A DNA stretch of 63,005 nt, filler included, from Octopus bimaculoides (taxonomy: Eukaryota), in NCBI RefSeq assembly GCF_001194135.2. It is 4 parts of 4 records of this genome, joined end to end, with 100 filler letters (N's around TTAATTAATTAA, not from the genome) between each part and the next. Parts side by side here need not be neighbours in the genome. Positions count along the whole stretch, not along the records: positions 6,264 to 31,428 come from NC_068993.1; positions 31,529 to 35,712 come from NW_026351652.1; positions 35,813 to 63,005 come from NC_068986.1; 1 more part is not named here. One strand, 5' to 3'. The notes beneath the pieces are model-generated. The model made no database searches and was not told the origin of the DNA. It saw only the letters and a list, made by a program, of their open reading frames with translations. This document shows positions 23,498 through 36,496 of the stretch, one piece after another (positions within the stretch are counted from its first letter, which is position 1; each line of letters starts with the position of its first letter). The position numbers and the translations under genes were made by a program.

Positions 23498-25351
23498 AAC
23501 ATGCATGGAATTATTTTCTTTCGGGTATTTAAACGCTGACGAGTTCTTTATTAATATTCTATATTCTTCATGTTTATAATTCTCGTTTTTTAAGACTCTT
23601 CCGCGAATATTTCGCTGTCAAACTTGTAGGTCACTCTGCGATATGTTTCTATTACCTCTGTACTATCCAGTCATGCAACTATGGATATCATGACATTTTT
23701 TAAGGATTGTGAGTTTTCTCACACACATTTCGTCACCATTTTTTTTTTTTTTTTTTTTTTTNNNNNNNNNNNNNNNNNNNNNNNNNNNNNNNNNNNNNNN
23801 NNNNNNNNNNNNNNNNNNNNNNNNNNNNNNNNNNNNNNNNNNNNNNNNNNNNNNNNNNNNNNNNNNNNNNNNNNNNNNNNNNNNNNNNNNNNNNNNNNNN
23901 NNNNNNNNNNNNNNNNNNNNNNNNNNNNNNNNNNNNNNNNNNNNNNNNNNNNNNNNNNNNNNNNNNNNNNNNNNNNNNNNNTCTCTCTCTCTCTCTCTCT
24001 CTCTCTGTGCTTTTCTTGAGTGTGACTGATTATTGCTACATTTCACCTCTTTGCTTTCCCACCTTTTGCAACACTTCATGGCAAATGACTTTCGACTATT
24101 TTTATGGCTGCAGAGATAACTCGGCCTTTTTATCCTGCACCGCATTCAGCTAAGCGCAGTTCCAGATTACCTTTGAGGCTTTCGAAGGCCATTTAAGACT
24201 TGTAGATCTATCTTAACTCCACCTACTTACATACCACCTTTCATCTCATCTACACTGACCAACTGATCAAACTGCCATGTAAAGATGGACAAGCCGAGTC
24301 CTTAGTCCTGAAAATATAGCAGACAGTTCTGTAAGCTTTCTCACGCTCAGTCGAGAGAATTTCATCCGACATTTAGTGGGAGGCTTCTTCCGGTAGCAGT
24401 TATGAGGACGACTGAAAACCCAGACTCTTAAACGGCACAAATAAATTAGTTCAGTTTATAGAAGCAACCTTATTTCTGTCTTTTATATATTCTTCGGGCT
24501 TTCTTATTTCTGTCGTTTATATATTCTTCAGAAATCTTCCTTGCATGACATTGTGTTCCCAAATGACACCATTTTCGAGGTTATTTTCCTTGTTCAGGGT
24601 CTTCTCTTGGCTTCTCACGCGGAAAAAACATAACAGACACCATCTGTAATGTTCCAAATGTTTTGGTTTGGCACCGCACACGTGCGTGTATGTGAATGTT
24701 ACTGTTGACAGAAGAGACGCCAGCATTGTTCATGCTAATGGGGTCCTAAATGGAATTGTCATTAAAATTCTTTCTTTTTTTTTATAACGTGTGTGTCTTA
24801 ATGTACAATGTTTTCTTGTTATTTCTTGTGTGTTCTGTACAAGACAGGCTTGGTTCTGCATTGTTTTCTTCCGAAGGCGTGGCACGGAATTTTTTATGTA
24901 ATTTTTTTCTAAGTAGACAACGTGAAATAGAAATAAAATGTGTCTAACGAACAAAATTAAAACTTATTTTTCTTTATCTAAACTTTGTATGAGTAGATCC
25001 CAGAATTCTTCATCCTGTCTGTGTACGATTTCAGTTCAATAAAACCCCGTAAAGTAAAAATTCTTTACTTCGATGAGTGAGTCAAAAACAGGTCCGACAA
25101 GGTCAACAGTGAATAATAAATTATTCAGAGGGCAACTTAACCTTTCATCCCTCCGGGTTTGATAAACGAAAGTACCAATCAAGTATCGACTAACTGCCCC
25201 CTTATTATTATTTTTTTTCTTTTCTTTTCTAAGTATTTACAGGCAAAACCTACACAACACACACGCATACACATACACACACATTTAATGTTTTGTCCTG
25301 TGCCGCCCGTAATGTTTTCCTTGTTGTAAACCTTTTGTAGTTAATAAAGAA

Positions 25352-25401
<50 letters not shown>

Positions 25402-25889
25402 ACACTTGGTAGTTTCAGGCAAATTTCTATTGCATCACCTGCTACAATTCTGTATTGCTAGAAAGTGTGTGCACTATAGCAGGTTTTTTTTTTTTTGTTT
25501 TTTTGGGCGTGTGAAAACTCTTCCCAGTATTGTATTGCGTCTGTTTCCTTTCTTATAGGGTGTGATGTAGTCTTTTGTTGTATTAGTGTCTGTATTGTGT
25601 GTTGTGTGTGTGCAATACATTGGGTATGCGGCCTTCTGGTGGCACGTTGGAGAGGGCACTTGCTCTTGGTGTTCATGGAAATCTCGGACAGTGGGGTTCC
25701 TCGATCATCCCTAGAGGTCATCTGTTATCAGGAGGGCTACATCTCTATCATCCTCTCCCCCTTTTTTTAACCTTTGCATACTATGTACATGCCTCTTCCT
25801 TTCCATTATATATTGTGTATACTTACCTTTTTTTCTATCATTTCATTATATGTAAACCCCAACACTTTGTGTGTATTGCCCCCCCCCCC

Positions 25890-26255
25890 GTGGGTTCCGG
25901 TTCAGTTCTATTGCGTGGCACCTTCGACAAGTGTCTTCTACTCAAGTCTCGGTCCGACAACGCCCGCGTGAGTGAATTTGGGATACGGAAACTGTGTAGA
26001 AGCCCATTGTACATACATGCATACATACGCGTGTATGGAAGTGTCTTTGTGTTTGACTTCCCACTGCTTCACAACTGGTGCTGGTTTGTTTACGTGCCCG
26101 TAACATTAGTCGTTGGGTAAAAGAGACGGATAGAATAAGTAGCAGACTTTTTTTAAAAATAAGTACTGAGGTCGATCTGTTCGACTAAAACCCATCAAGG
26201 CGGTGCCCCAGCATGGTCGCAGTCCAACGAAGGAATCCAATAAAAGATAAAAGAA
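25890..26255 (+). mobile_element. Family B SINE (5'-truncated)
   Basis: CORE-like block and tail; internal microsatellite nearly absent. Confidence 0.8.
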
Positions 26256-26766
26256 GAAGACAAAGGGGAGAAAGTAACATGGTTGTGTGTATTCCCATAA
26301 TTTTCAAAGACATTAATGACCGGATTTTATCGATGATTGGTCGCCTTAAGACATAAGATCAAAACGTCAAATGGCATTCCTTCAAATTTTTGTTGGAACC
26401 GAAATGCATTCTAATAAATTCTTCCATTGGATAACTAAATTTAATAACCAAAAATCTGAAGTAATATTTAAATGGGTGGTTATTCGGAAAGCATTAAACG
26501 TTTTATGGAGGGTCTTTTTATATCTATATCTGGTGTCCTTATCTATCTTGGGAATATTAGCCTTCAAATGACCCAAAGGAAATCTCTTGAATCTAAAATA
26601 CCCAAAACATATCCCCCTATGCATTTAATAAAACCGGCAAGATTCAGATTAAATAACAAACTGCTGGTTTCGACTTTACGGGACATGATGTATGTGATAT
26701 GTGACTAACAGAGCTCCATTAGTCTGCCATTACAGATACACACAGAAACACACACACACACACACA

Positions 26767-26817
<51 letters not shown>

Positions 26818-26871
26818 ACACATGCACAGACATACTTCAGCAATACATACGCTACAACGTGTAAAAGCTTG

Positions 26872-27052
26872 TTAAACAAATAAATCAAGTCTTTGTCGAA
26901 ATATTGTATACACGTCTGATGTCATAACAGCTACTCCTGTATTAGGAGCTACATCAATACAAAATGTGTATTTAGTACTAAAGCGGACTGTTCCTTTGGG
27001 ACAACATATGTTGCTTGGATCTGTCGCTAGCAGCATTTGCTGGCATCTCTCG
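26872..27052 (-). CDS. Candidate terminal exon of the EGF-TM gene (phase 2)
   Basis: Acceptor ttatttgttatttccag; 59 open codons ERCQQMLLATDPSNICC...RQRLDLFV*; no recognisable homology. Confidence 0.2.
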
Positions 27053-27504
27053 CTGGAAATAACAAATAATCCACTGAACAAAACACTGTATTTTCGATTG
27101 TTGATATTTTTTTTTTACTTTATATTGTTTTGTTTTATTTTCCTTTATGGTTTATTTCTGTCTTTAGCACATTATTTTTTAGACATTCTACTCTGTCTTA
27201 GGGAGTCATTCGCCTCCTCCAGAAAACGCTTACTGTTTCTACACCTATATACTCCATTGCATAAAGTTCTTTACACGTATAAATGTGTGTGTGTGTGTGC
27301 ATGCGTATGTGTGTGTGTGGAGAGAGAGTGAGAGAGAGAGAGAGAGGAAGAAGGAGAGAAAGAGATAAAGAAAGGTGCATGTGTTCGAGGTTAGCGTGTT
27401 GCACTCATGTTTGTAAAATTGTAGTTTCAAAAGAGCGTCCTTAGCAGTGAAAATTAGATAAGAACTGGGAATACAATAGAACTCTTATAGCTATATGAAA
27501 AGAT

Positions 27505-28120
27505 AAAGCGGCAAGCTGGCCGAACCTATAGCATGCTGGACAAAATGCTTCGTGGCATTTCGTCTGTCTTCACGATCTGAGTTCAAATTCCGCCGGGGTC
27601 GACGACTCTGCCTTTTATCCTTTCGGGGTCGATAGAATAAGTACCAATCGAGCACTGGGTTCGATGAAATCGACTTAAAGCCTCCACCCACCCCAACCCC
27701 GAAATTGTTGGCCTTGTGCCAAAATTTGAAACTATATGGAAAGATTAACCGGAAGAATATGAAAGTCGCATTCGACCTCAAAAGAAGTGGATTGATAAGA
27801 GATTCGGTTCTTGTACTTTCTTAAGTGCCGTTTATTATTAACGCTATATTTGTACATTTGGATCAATTTGAACACATACATTATACCTACCTTTATGTGA
27901 GTGCGTATGTTTGTGTGTGTAACGCGGGCTGGTTGGATCGTTAGCCCGCCGGACAAAATGTTAAGCGGCACTTCAACCGTTTTTACGTTCTAACTTCAAA
28001 TACCACCGATGTTGACTTTGCCTTCCGTCCTCCCGAGTTCGATAAAATCAGAAGCAGTCAAGTACTGGGTCCGATTAAATCGACTTACCCCTACCATCAA
28101 AATGTGGTGGCCCATTGTCA
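27505..28120 (+). mobile_element. Two family A SINEs (27505-27735, 27925-28120)
   Basis: Head, B box and core in both. Confidence 0.8.
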
Positions 28121-28467
28121 AGTCTGCGTGTGTGTGTGCATATTTATTAGATTTCCCGGAGAGCCCATGATATATTTTACACACCCAATCACCCGCCAAA
28201 AACACGCATTTATGTGTATGCATGAGTGCATGCATATATATATATATAATTTGTTTATAATATCAAAAGTTGACACTCCACTCGGTGTTCTATCTCAGGC
28301 TGTGATGCTCATGACTGTCGCCAGGGGCAAAATTCAGAATAGACGTCCAATTTTTGATATAATGAATATATCTATCCACTCTACCAAGGATGCAGAGTTC
28401 CTTATCAGATAATGTCTGCTGTATCTAAAATATATTTCAGTATGCTTTATAACCCTTGCATATATAC

Positions 28468-28555
<88 letters not shown>

Positions 28556-28688
28556 GTACACACTTACATGCATATACACATGCATGCATACGTGCATAAA
28601 TGTGTCTGCGCGTGTTCGTCGATAGATAGATACATACATACATAGATACATAGATGAAGGGAGAGAAAGTAGAAATAGATAGATAGAC

Positions 28689-28721
<33 letters not shown>

Positions 28722-28879
28722 GTGAAGTTTTGTAAACGCTTATTTACGCATTTTTACCACATAGAGTTTATGTTTAAGTAACCCAACATATGGTCTGCTT
28801 GATAGATAATCAAACGTGTTAACCTATGCACGTTGAAACGAAATCTTAACAGCATAAAAGTAATTTATACAATACGTAC

Positions 28880-29067
28880 CATTCAACTGTTCTAGGCTGT
28901 GTGATCTTTGCTGAGAGACTGGCCTTCTATGACACTGGCTGACTGGCTGGCCGTCTCCATATATTTCGAGGACACGGCTGTTGACGTAATCAGTGACTGA
29001 GAGCTTAGTATTTGGAGCGTCTAAGAGGCGCTAATGTGCACATTCGACTTTGAACTTTGGCATTTGC
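28880..29067 (-). other. Exon-like block (phase 2 to 1) with one in-frame TAG
   Basis: Acceptor ttccttaatttctag, donor AATG|gtacgt; reads KCPKFKVECAH*RLLDAPNTKLSVTDYVNSRVLEIYGDGQPVSQCHRRPVSQQRSHSLEQLN. Confidence 0.25.
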
Positions 29068-29178
29068 TAGAAATTAAGGAATTTGAAACATTATCGTGAA
29101 AAGGAAACTGTTCTTATATCCAATATAAATATTGTCAGTGTCATTGCTAACAAGAACAAACTCCATCAATTTTCAATG

Positions 29179-29224
<46 letters not shown>

Positions 29225-29323
29225 NNNNNNNNNNNNNNNNNNNNNNNNNNNNNNNNNNNNNNNNNNNNNNNNNNNNNNNNNNNNNNNNNNNNNNNNNNNN
29301 NNNNNNNNNNNNNNNNNNNNNNN

Positions 29324-29393
<70 letters not shown>

Positions 29394-30396
29394 CAAATAT
29401 GTATATGTATATACCAAATATATGGATGCATACACACACACATACACACACATCCATATAATACATATGCATATATATATACATACATATATATGCATAT
29501 GTATATATATGTATTATATGGATGTATGTGTATATATTTGTGTGTGTATGTGCGTGTTTGTGTGTGCGCGCGTGAATAGAGTGTATATAACTATTTTTTA
29601 TTTAAAATGTCAAAAACTTGATAAAATCGTTTACTTTAGGTTTTTCTCGTTTCTTCCTACTAGCATTTCTCTCTCTCCCTCCCTCCCTCTCTCACATTCT
29701 TCTTCTCTCTTTCTAACGCTCTTCGTTTCTTTCTTTCCCTCTCTCCCTCTTTCTCTCTTCTTTTCTCTCCCCTCTTTTATTTACATTTTTATTTTAAGAC
29801 CAAAAGAAAAAAAAACGATGAAAAATATCAGGAATTCAAATCAGTTTCAAGTTTCGCAGTTGCGGTTTCGAATCTCACATTTCATTTTAATGAATGAATC
29901 TACAATGAAACGTACGACTTTGATGAACCATTTCTTGATAAAATTGGAATGACTGATGTACTATACTACTATAGTACTGCATATGTACTACAGTAATGTA
30001 TATGTCTAACTTCTACTACAGAGACATATTTGAAAAATGCTTTCACGTGATTACCTTTCTTAAAACGGCGGCGAACTTGAAGAAACGCAAGAGCGTTGTA
30101 GAAAATCTCTTGCAGTATTTGTTACGGCTCTTGACTTAAGGTTCGAGCTGGCAGAATCGTTAGAGCGCCGGAAAAATCCTTTGCGGTTTTTGATCCTGCT
30201 CCTTATTTCAGACTTCGAACGCTGCCGAAGTCAACTTTGCTCTTCATCTTTCTATACTCGTTAAAATAAAATGCCGGTGAAGTATCACGATCGGTTGAAT
30301 GACACCTTCCCTTCAAAATCGCTTGCTTTTGTCTTAATTAGAAACAGAAAAGAAGAGGAAGATTAGTAGAATCATATGAGCGTCGGTGGCGGTACT

Positions 30397-30845
30397 CAGG
30401 TGATGGTGTCATGGTGATGGCGTCATGGTGATGGCGTCATGGTGATGGCGTCATGGTGATGGCGTCATGGTGATGATAGTGATGATGGAGGTGATGGTGG
30501 CGATGGTGCTCGTGGTGATAGTGTTGTGATGGTGGCGATGCTGATGATAGTACTGGTGTTTTAGCTGTGGTAATGATGGTATGATGGTGATGGTGTAATG
30601 GTCGCAGAGGTTGTGGTAGTAACGGTGGTGGTAGTAGTGGTGGTGGTGGTGGTGATGGTGGTAGTAGTAGTGGTGAAAGACATGTAGTGATGGCGATGTG
30701 GTAGCGGTGGTAATAATGATGGTGGTGATGGTGATAGTGGTGGTGATGGTGGTGGTAGTGGTGATGACGGTGGTGACTTTGTGATGCTGTTGGCGATGTT
30801 GGTGGTGTCAGCGGTGGTATTAATGATGGCGGTGTTAGTGGTAAA
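30397..30845. repeat. 14-bp minisatellite (ATGGTGATGGCGTC, about 5 copies) followed by GGT/GAT low complexity
   Basis: Direct sequence. Confidence 0.9.
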
Positions 30846-31068
30846 CATGTATCAATGAAATATACCCTTATTGACCCCTCCCTCAGGCCCTACCTGAAAA
30901 ACTATTATTCCAGATTTTTTCAACTGAAGAATTTTCACCTTGCAAAAGTTTGGGGTAACGATCTGCCCTACATCTTTGATGAATATGAAATATTATCACC
31001 ATTTTAAATATTTATCTAGTTAACCATAACCAGCTACTTCAGTCCACTAAATACCCACCCACCCACAC

Positions 31069-31112
<44 letters not shown>

Positions 31113-31175
31113 ATCAGCGTAGCCAGGATTGTGCATCATGATCTTCTTCATGGAACTATCTGTTAAAATACATTG

Positions 31176-31207
<32 letters not shown>

Positions 31208-31273
31208 GAATGATAAGAGACAGACATGGAGAAATTAACTTAAGCCCATAGATAGATTCATAGATAGATAAGA

Positions 31274-31318
<45 letters not shown>

Positions 31319-31428
31319 GGTTGGAAGGGTAGCTGTATGGAAATAAATACATATATATGTATGCGTACACAAATATGTATATGTAATTATATACATATAT
31401 ATACGTATGTATATATATATATATATAT

Positions 31429-31528
31429 NNNNNNNNNNNNNNNNNNNNNNNNNNNNNNNNNNNNNNNNNNNNTTAATTAATTAANNNNNNNNNNNNNNNN
31501 NNNNNNNNNNNNNNNNNNNNNNNNNNNN
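31429..31528. other. Assembly join with TTAATTAATTAA linker
   Basis: As at 6164. Confidence 0.9.
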
Positions 31529-32169
31529 ATTTCAGAGCCAGATGTATTGCCGTTGAACGCTTTATCCGGCGCAGAAAAAAATTCTACTCTTGTCTACTGC
31601 CTAACTCTAAAACTAATCCTTTGTTAGACTGCACAATACCACAGAAAATAAAACTTCGTAAATACCGACCACATTTCTACACCGTTTCTGGAAACGTAAC
31701 ATATTGCACTAAGTTGTGGCTTAGGAAAATGTTGGGGTCCGGACAAATCAGTGGAATTGAAATAAAAATACACCGTGGTATGTCATTTACGGCTCTGCAT
31801 GGTCTGGGTTCAAATACTTCAAGTGATCAATACTTTAAGCAAAAAAGATAACTGAAAATTCTCAACGAATCCTAATACTAATTTTGCTCTAAAGACAGGC
31901 GTGTTTGTCAAGCGCAAAATGTCACAGTATAGCTGTGACAGGTTACAAGATGAATTCCTAAAATGACAGTGCAGATATAAGGTCTGTGGCAATTAAACGA
32001 AACATGAAGATTTAGGATTCGATCGCCCAAGTGTATTTACCACAACAATGAATTAATGCAATGACGAGTCATTTTATCGTATTTTATCCAGGGTCAGTTT
32101 ATTGCTTCATTACCTAAATTAGGCTGGAAAGATAGTTTTTCAATCAGAAATTCATGAAAATGTACTTAC

Positions 32170-32317
32170 GGGTCGTAGTCCAATGTCGAAGTTAGCATTT
32201 CGTGGCGAGTACGATGGCGTCTATAACCTCCGAAGCAGCAGCACCAAACGCAGAAGATCATAATACACAGCCACACAAGCAATGCCATAATAACTCCCAC
32301 TATAATATATATCAATC
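32170..32317 (-). CDS. Transmembrane exon of a type I membrane protein
   Basis: Acceptor ttgtcttgtatttcag, donor GACCC|gtaagt, 148 nt, phase 1 to 2. Reads (G)LIYIIVGVIMALLVWLCIMIFCVWCCCFGGYRRHRTRHEMLTSTLDYD(P): hydrophobic helix, Cys cluster, basic stop-transfer. Not in the ORF track. Confidence 0.85.
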
Positions 32318-32687
32318 CTGAAATACAAGACAATTAAATTCATCAACGACTGCTCGACTTAAGAATTCCACAAATCTCGATATATATATATATGAATTGT
32401 GGTACAATATGGACAGATTGTTCAATACCAAGGAACATTTATGCAAATATATCAATTTAAAGGATAAGCATATTACAATGGATAATACTAAGTGGAATTT
32501 TCCTTCTCTCTCTTTTTCTTTTATTCTTGTGATGTAATCTTGGGACTGAAAATGTTTGTGGCTGAAGATAGCTTTAAACCATCCTTTCTATCAATTATAT
32601 ACCCATATAATGATGCAACGATAATTTGTGTATAAAGCTTGAAACACGTGTACCCCAGAGTACTTTGTGTTCTGTTTTCATTTTACG

Positions 32688-32726
<39 letters not shown>

Positions 32727-32738
32727 NNNNNNNNNNCG

Positions 32739-32778
<40 letters not shown>

Positions 32779-32839
32779 TGTGTGTGTGTGTTTTGTGTAT
32801 GTAATGGATTTCTCATCGTAGACGACGTGTGAGAGTTCA

Positions 32840-33102
32840 GTTCTTGCTGAGTGCGGCCATGCACTCTAACCATTTTTGCTACAGTCAGCCATCTTTTCCC
32901 AAATTCACAAGGAGGTAGCACTTCAGTCTCCACTCTTACTTTCCTTTCCAAGTTGAACTTATAAAAGTAGATGAGAGTTTGAGCAAAGAGGGAGATGTGT
33001 GTCCTCAATCATTTCAGCCTCGTCCACCACACAATCACTTTCGCAATAGCGACTAAGCAGAGGAGCATCGCCAGCTGTGCCTCAATCCTTTCTACAATCG
33101 GT
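32840..33102 (-). mobile_element. Tx1/L1-like LINE ORF2 extreme C-terminus
   Basis: LCLVAIAKVIVWWTRLK*LRT...FYKFNLERKVRVETEVL..CEFGKRWLTVAKMV; clade assignment from memory. Confidence 0.55.
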
Positions 33103-33104
33103 AC

Positions 33105-33271
33105 GAAGTTCGGAAATTCTTTTCGAGGGGGCAGGGTGGCTAGTCGATTACATCGGTCCCAGTGATTAACTGGCACTTATCGCATCGGAATTTGAACGCA
33201 AAGCGTAAAGCCAGAAGAAATGCTATTTAGCAGCTTAACCGGCATGCTAACAATTCTGCTAGCTTGCTGCC

Positions 33272-33352
<81 letters not shown>
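33105..33352 (-). mobile_element. Family A SINE with (AAT)n at its 5' end running into a gap
   Basis: Direct sequence. Confidence 0.7.
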
Positions 33353-34347
33353 NNNNNNNNNNNNNNNNNNNNNNNNNNNNNNNNNNNNNNNNNNNNNNNN
33401 NNNNNNNNNNNNNNNNNNNNNNNNNNNNNNNNNNNNNNNNNNNNNNNNNNNNNNNNNNNNNNNNNNNNNNNNNNNNNNNNNNNNNNNNNNNNNNNNNNNN
33501 NNNNNNNNNNNNNNNNNNNNNNNNNNNNNNNNNNNNNNNNNNNNNNNNNNNNNNNNNNNNNNNNNNNNNNNNNNNNNNNNNNNNNNNNNNNNNNNNNNNN
33601 NNNNNNNNNNNNNNNNNNNNNNNNNNNNNNNNNNNNNNNNNNNNNNNNNNNNNNNNNNNNNNNNNNNNNNNNNNNNNNNNNNNNNNNNNNNNNNNNNNNN
33701 NNNNNNNNNNNNNNNNNNNNNNNNNNNNNNNNNNNNNNNNNNNNNNNNNNNNNNNNNNNNNNNNNNNNNNNNNNNNNNNNNNNNNNNNNNNNNNNNNNNN
33801 NNNNNNNNNNNNNNNNNNNNNNNNNNNNNNNNNNNNNNNNNNNNNNNNNNNNNNNNNNNNNNNNNNNNNNNNNNNNNNNNNNNNNNNNNNNNNNNNNNNN
33901 NNNNNNNNNNNNNNNNNNNNNNNNNNNNNNNNNNNNNNNNNNNNNNNNNNNNNNNNNNNNNNNNNNNNNNNNNNNNNNNNNNNNNNNNNNNNNNNNNNNN
34001 NNNNNNNNNNNNNNNNNNNNNNNNNNNNNNNNNNNNNNNNNNNNNNNNNNNNNNNNNNNNNNNNNNNNNNNNNNNNNNNNNNNNNNNNNNNNNNNNNNNN
34101 NNNNNNNNNNNNNNNNNNNNNNNNNNNNNNNNNNNNNNNNNNNNNNNNNNNNNNNNNNNNNNNNNNNNNNNNNNNNNNNNNNNNNNNNNNNNNNNNNNNN
34201 NNNNNNNNNNNNNNNNNNNNNNNNNNNNNNNNNNNNNNNNNNNNNNNNNNNNNNNNNNNNNNNNNNNNNNNNNNNNNNNNNNNNNNNNNNNNNNNNNNNN
34301 NNNNNNNNNNNNNNNNNNNNNNNNNNNNNNNNNNNNNNNNNNNNNNG

Positions 34348-34620
34348 AGTTAGGGTTAGGGTTAGCGCTTTAATGTTAGGATTGGGGCTTTAGAGTTAGG
34401 ATTGGGGTTGTGGTTTTAGGGTTAGGGTTATGGAAAAAAAGTGATAAATAAAGAAATTGGAGGCGGAGCGGTAAGGGGGGAATTTAAAAATTCCGATTTT
34501 TGTAAATTTTCAGGAATTCCCGTATCCGAAAAGCTGGGATTTTGGCAAGAACAATTTTTAAAAAAAGCAATAATTTGCGAGAAAATGGCGGGGGGATGGA
34601 AGTCTTTCCGAAAATAGTAG
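34348..34620 (+). mobile_element. Degenerate (TTAGGG)n followed by a sequence homologous to the TIR of the 54129-54750 element
   Basis: GGAATTCCCGTATCCGAAAAGCTGGGATT versus GGAATCTCCATAGCCTAAAACGTGGGATT (22/29 by hand); shared G-run before and A-run/G-run after. Confidence 0.6.
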
Positions 34621-35410
34621 CTGAAAATAGGTGAAAAAAAAAAAACAAACCTAAAAGCTGTAGAAATGCACGAACGATTATGGTTGTGTCAAGAATTAAA
34701 CTTGCTTCAGATACACACGTTTATTCATACGAACGTAACTGAGATGAAATATGTCATAAATAATAATGACAAACGAAATATACACCGCCGGAAGTTGTTG
34801 CTGACAAACAACAGCAGTAATTTTATTCAGCTAAATACAGATCATTGATTGGTTGAAATTACCGAAACACGACAACTTTAACACGAAATAACTTCGAAAA
34901 CAGAAACTTTTCTCAACAACGCTAAGAGTAAAAGATGTTTTATATGACACATTCTACCAGTGTCCGTAGTTTCAAAGTGTTTAGTTAAGGAAAATTAATG
35001 ACTCGAGCTGCCCATAAAAAGGAAAATATCCAGATTTTTTATATGCTAAATCGAAAATAGAATCCGTTTTTTACCATCACGTCTAGATTTCAAAATGCCT
35101 CCCCCCAATCATCAGTGGATAATATACCTGAATATAATACATAAAGTTGGGGCTCCTAATAATAGATCAAAAGCACGGAACAGAAATGTAGTGATATAAC
35201 CGGAGATTTTGCTGCAATTTCTAACAGATCATTCGACCACATATATTCTTCCAAACAGATACAGGAAAGGATGGGTATAATGCCAAAGAATTGTATTACG
35301 AGAAGCAGGGTAGAGTTTATTTCTCATATAAATTTAACTTCAGGACTTCATCATATTTTACAGTACTAGCTGAAAATTTCGAATTTGTTATACAACAAAT
35401 GACAACTAAC

Positions 35411-35533
35411 CATTGCAGATGAAACCATCTCCTGTAAAACCTTTTCCACATGTGCATTTATAGCTTCCTTCCGTGTTGGTACAAACAGCGTCTGCAGAAC
35501 AGTTCGCTGTTCCTTTGGTACATTCATCAATGT
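35411..35533 (-). CDS. Calcium-binding EGF-like exon
   Basis: Acceptor catttcattatcaacag, donor AATG|gttagt, 123 nt, phase 1 to 1. Reads (D)[40 protein letters not shown](G), the full EGF_CA consensus; in frame with the TM exon. Not in the ORF track. Confidence 0.92.
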
Positions 35534-35712
35534 CTGTTGATAATGAAATGAAGATAGAAACTAGCAGAAAAATTCAATAGCGGGAAATCATTCATAAAAG
35601 TACATGAACTCCAAACTTAACGATATTCATAGAAATATTTTAAGAGCTATTTCGTAACATTGTCTTTACATACACACATTATATATATACATATCTCAAA
35701 TATACATTATAT

Positions 35713-35812
35713 NNNNNNNNNNNNNNNNNNNNNNNNNNNNNNNNNNNNNNNNNNNNTTAATTAATTAANNNNNNNNNNNNNNNNNNNNNNNNNNNNNNNN
35801 NNNNNNNNNNNN
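35713..35812. other. Assembly join with TTAATTAATTAA linker
   Basis: As at 6164; separates the SBSPON block from the EGF exon. Confidence 0.9.
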
Positions 35813-36026
35813 TGTGTACATATTTACATATCTACACACATATACATACACAAACAAATATATAGATAGATATATATATGTGGCATTTATATGACAGAAA
35901 CGTTTTGTATGCATATTGCGTAAGCTATATGTGTGCATATATATATATATATATATATCAGTTCTGTTTATATGTGTGTGTTTCTTTTAGAGTTTTTGTC
36001 GATTGATGTTTTATGTTTTTCTTTGA

Positions 36027-36157
36027 TTTATTTTATATATCATTTGTTTTCCTCACCAACATTATTTTCATCATCATCATCGTCGTCGTCATCGTCATTT
36101 GTATAATTTTTAGTTTAGTTTTTTTTTTCTTTTCATTTTGCTGTTGTTTTGTTTATT
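36027..36157 (-). terminator. Candidate AATAAA poly(A) signals of SBSPON (36157-36152, 36032-36027)
   Basis: tttatt on the plus strand 60 and 185 nt past the stop; AT-rich context makes chance likely. Confidence 0.3.
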
Positions 36158-36216
36158 TGTTTGTGAGCGTGTGTATGCTTCTATCTCTAGTTACAGTGAT
36201 GGAAGACATCCTTTCA

Positions 36217-36496
36217 TTATACAAAGATGAAACCTTTCTCGTTTTCCAGGTGACATGTGCAGTCATCATGTTTGGTTGTCATCACCCATTCGCCATGGCA
36301 GTGAGGAACATCCATAGCGTGCCAGTTGGTGATTTCATTGGTCACGCCGTGACCTTTGCAGCGCAAGCCCAATTCGGTGCTCATGGCCAGTGGTTGACAC
36401 TCCACACAGACCTTTTCCTTCTTCTTCAAAATGTTGGCCCATTCGCTGGAGTTACATCCTTCTCGAGAACTCGTGATCAAATAGGTAGCGCAGTAA
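36217..36496 (-). CDS. SBSPON: SBSPON/RPE-spondin last coding exon
   Basis: Acceptor ttttctttttctttcag, phase 2. Reads (T)YCATYLITSSREGC..WANILKKKEKVCVECQPLAM...RCKGHG...W.AMDVPHCHGEW....DDCTC...GFIFV* (TAA TGA), matching the SBSPON C-terminal pattern YC...VCVECQPxAM..RCxGxG..W..C.G.W..C.C..FIFI/V. Confidence 0.9.

Noticed and set aside
24230-24310. Exon-like block with AG and GTAAGT on the minus strand
   Set aside because: Stops in all three frames.
34348-34430. True telomere or chromosome fusion scar
   Set aside because: Repeats are short, degenerate and tied to a TIR-like sequence.
35060-35120. CTGATGA...GAAA-TCTAGA on the minus strand
   Set aside because: No stem II pairing and no NUH in register.
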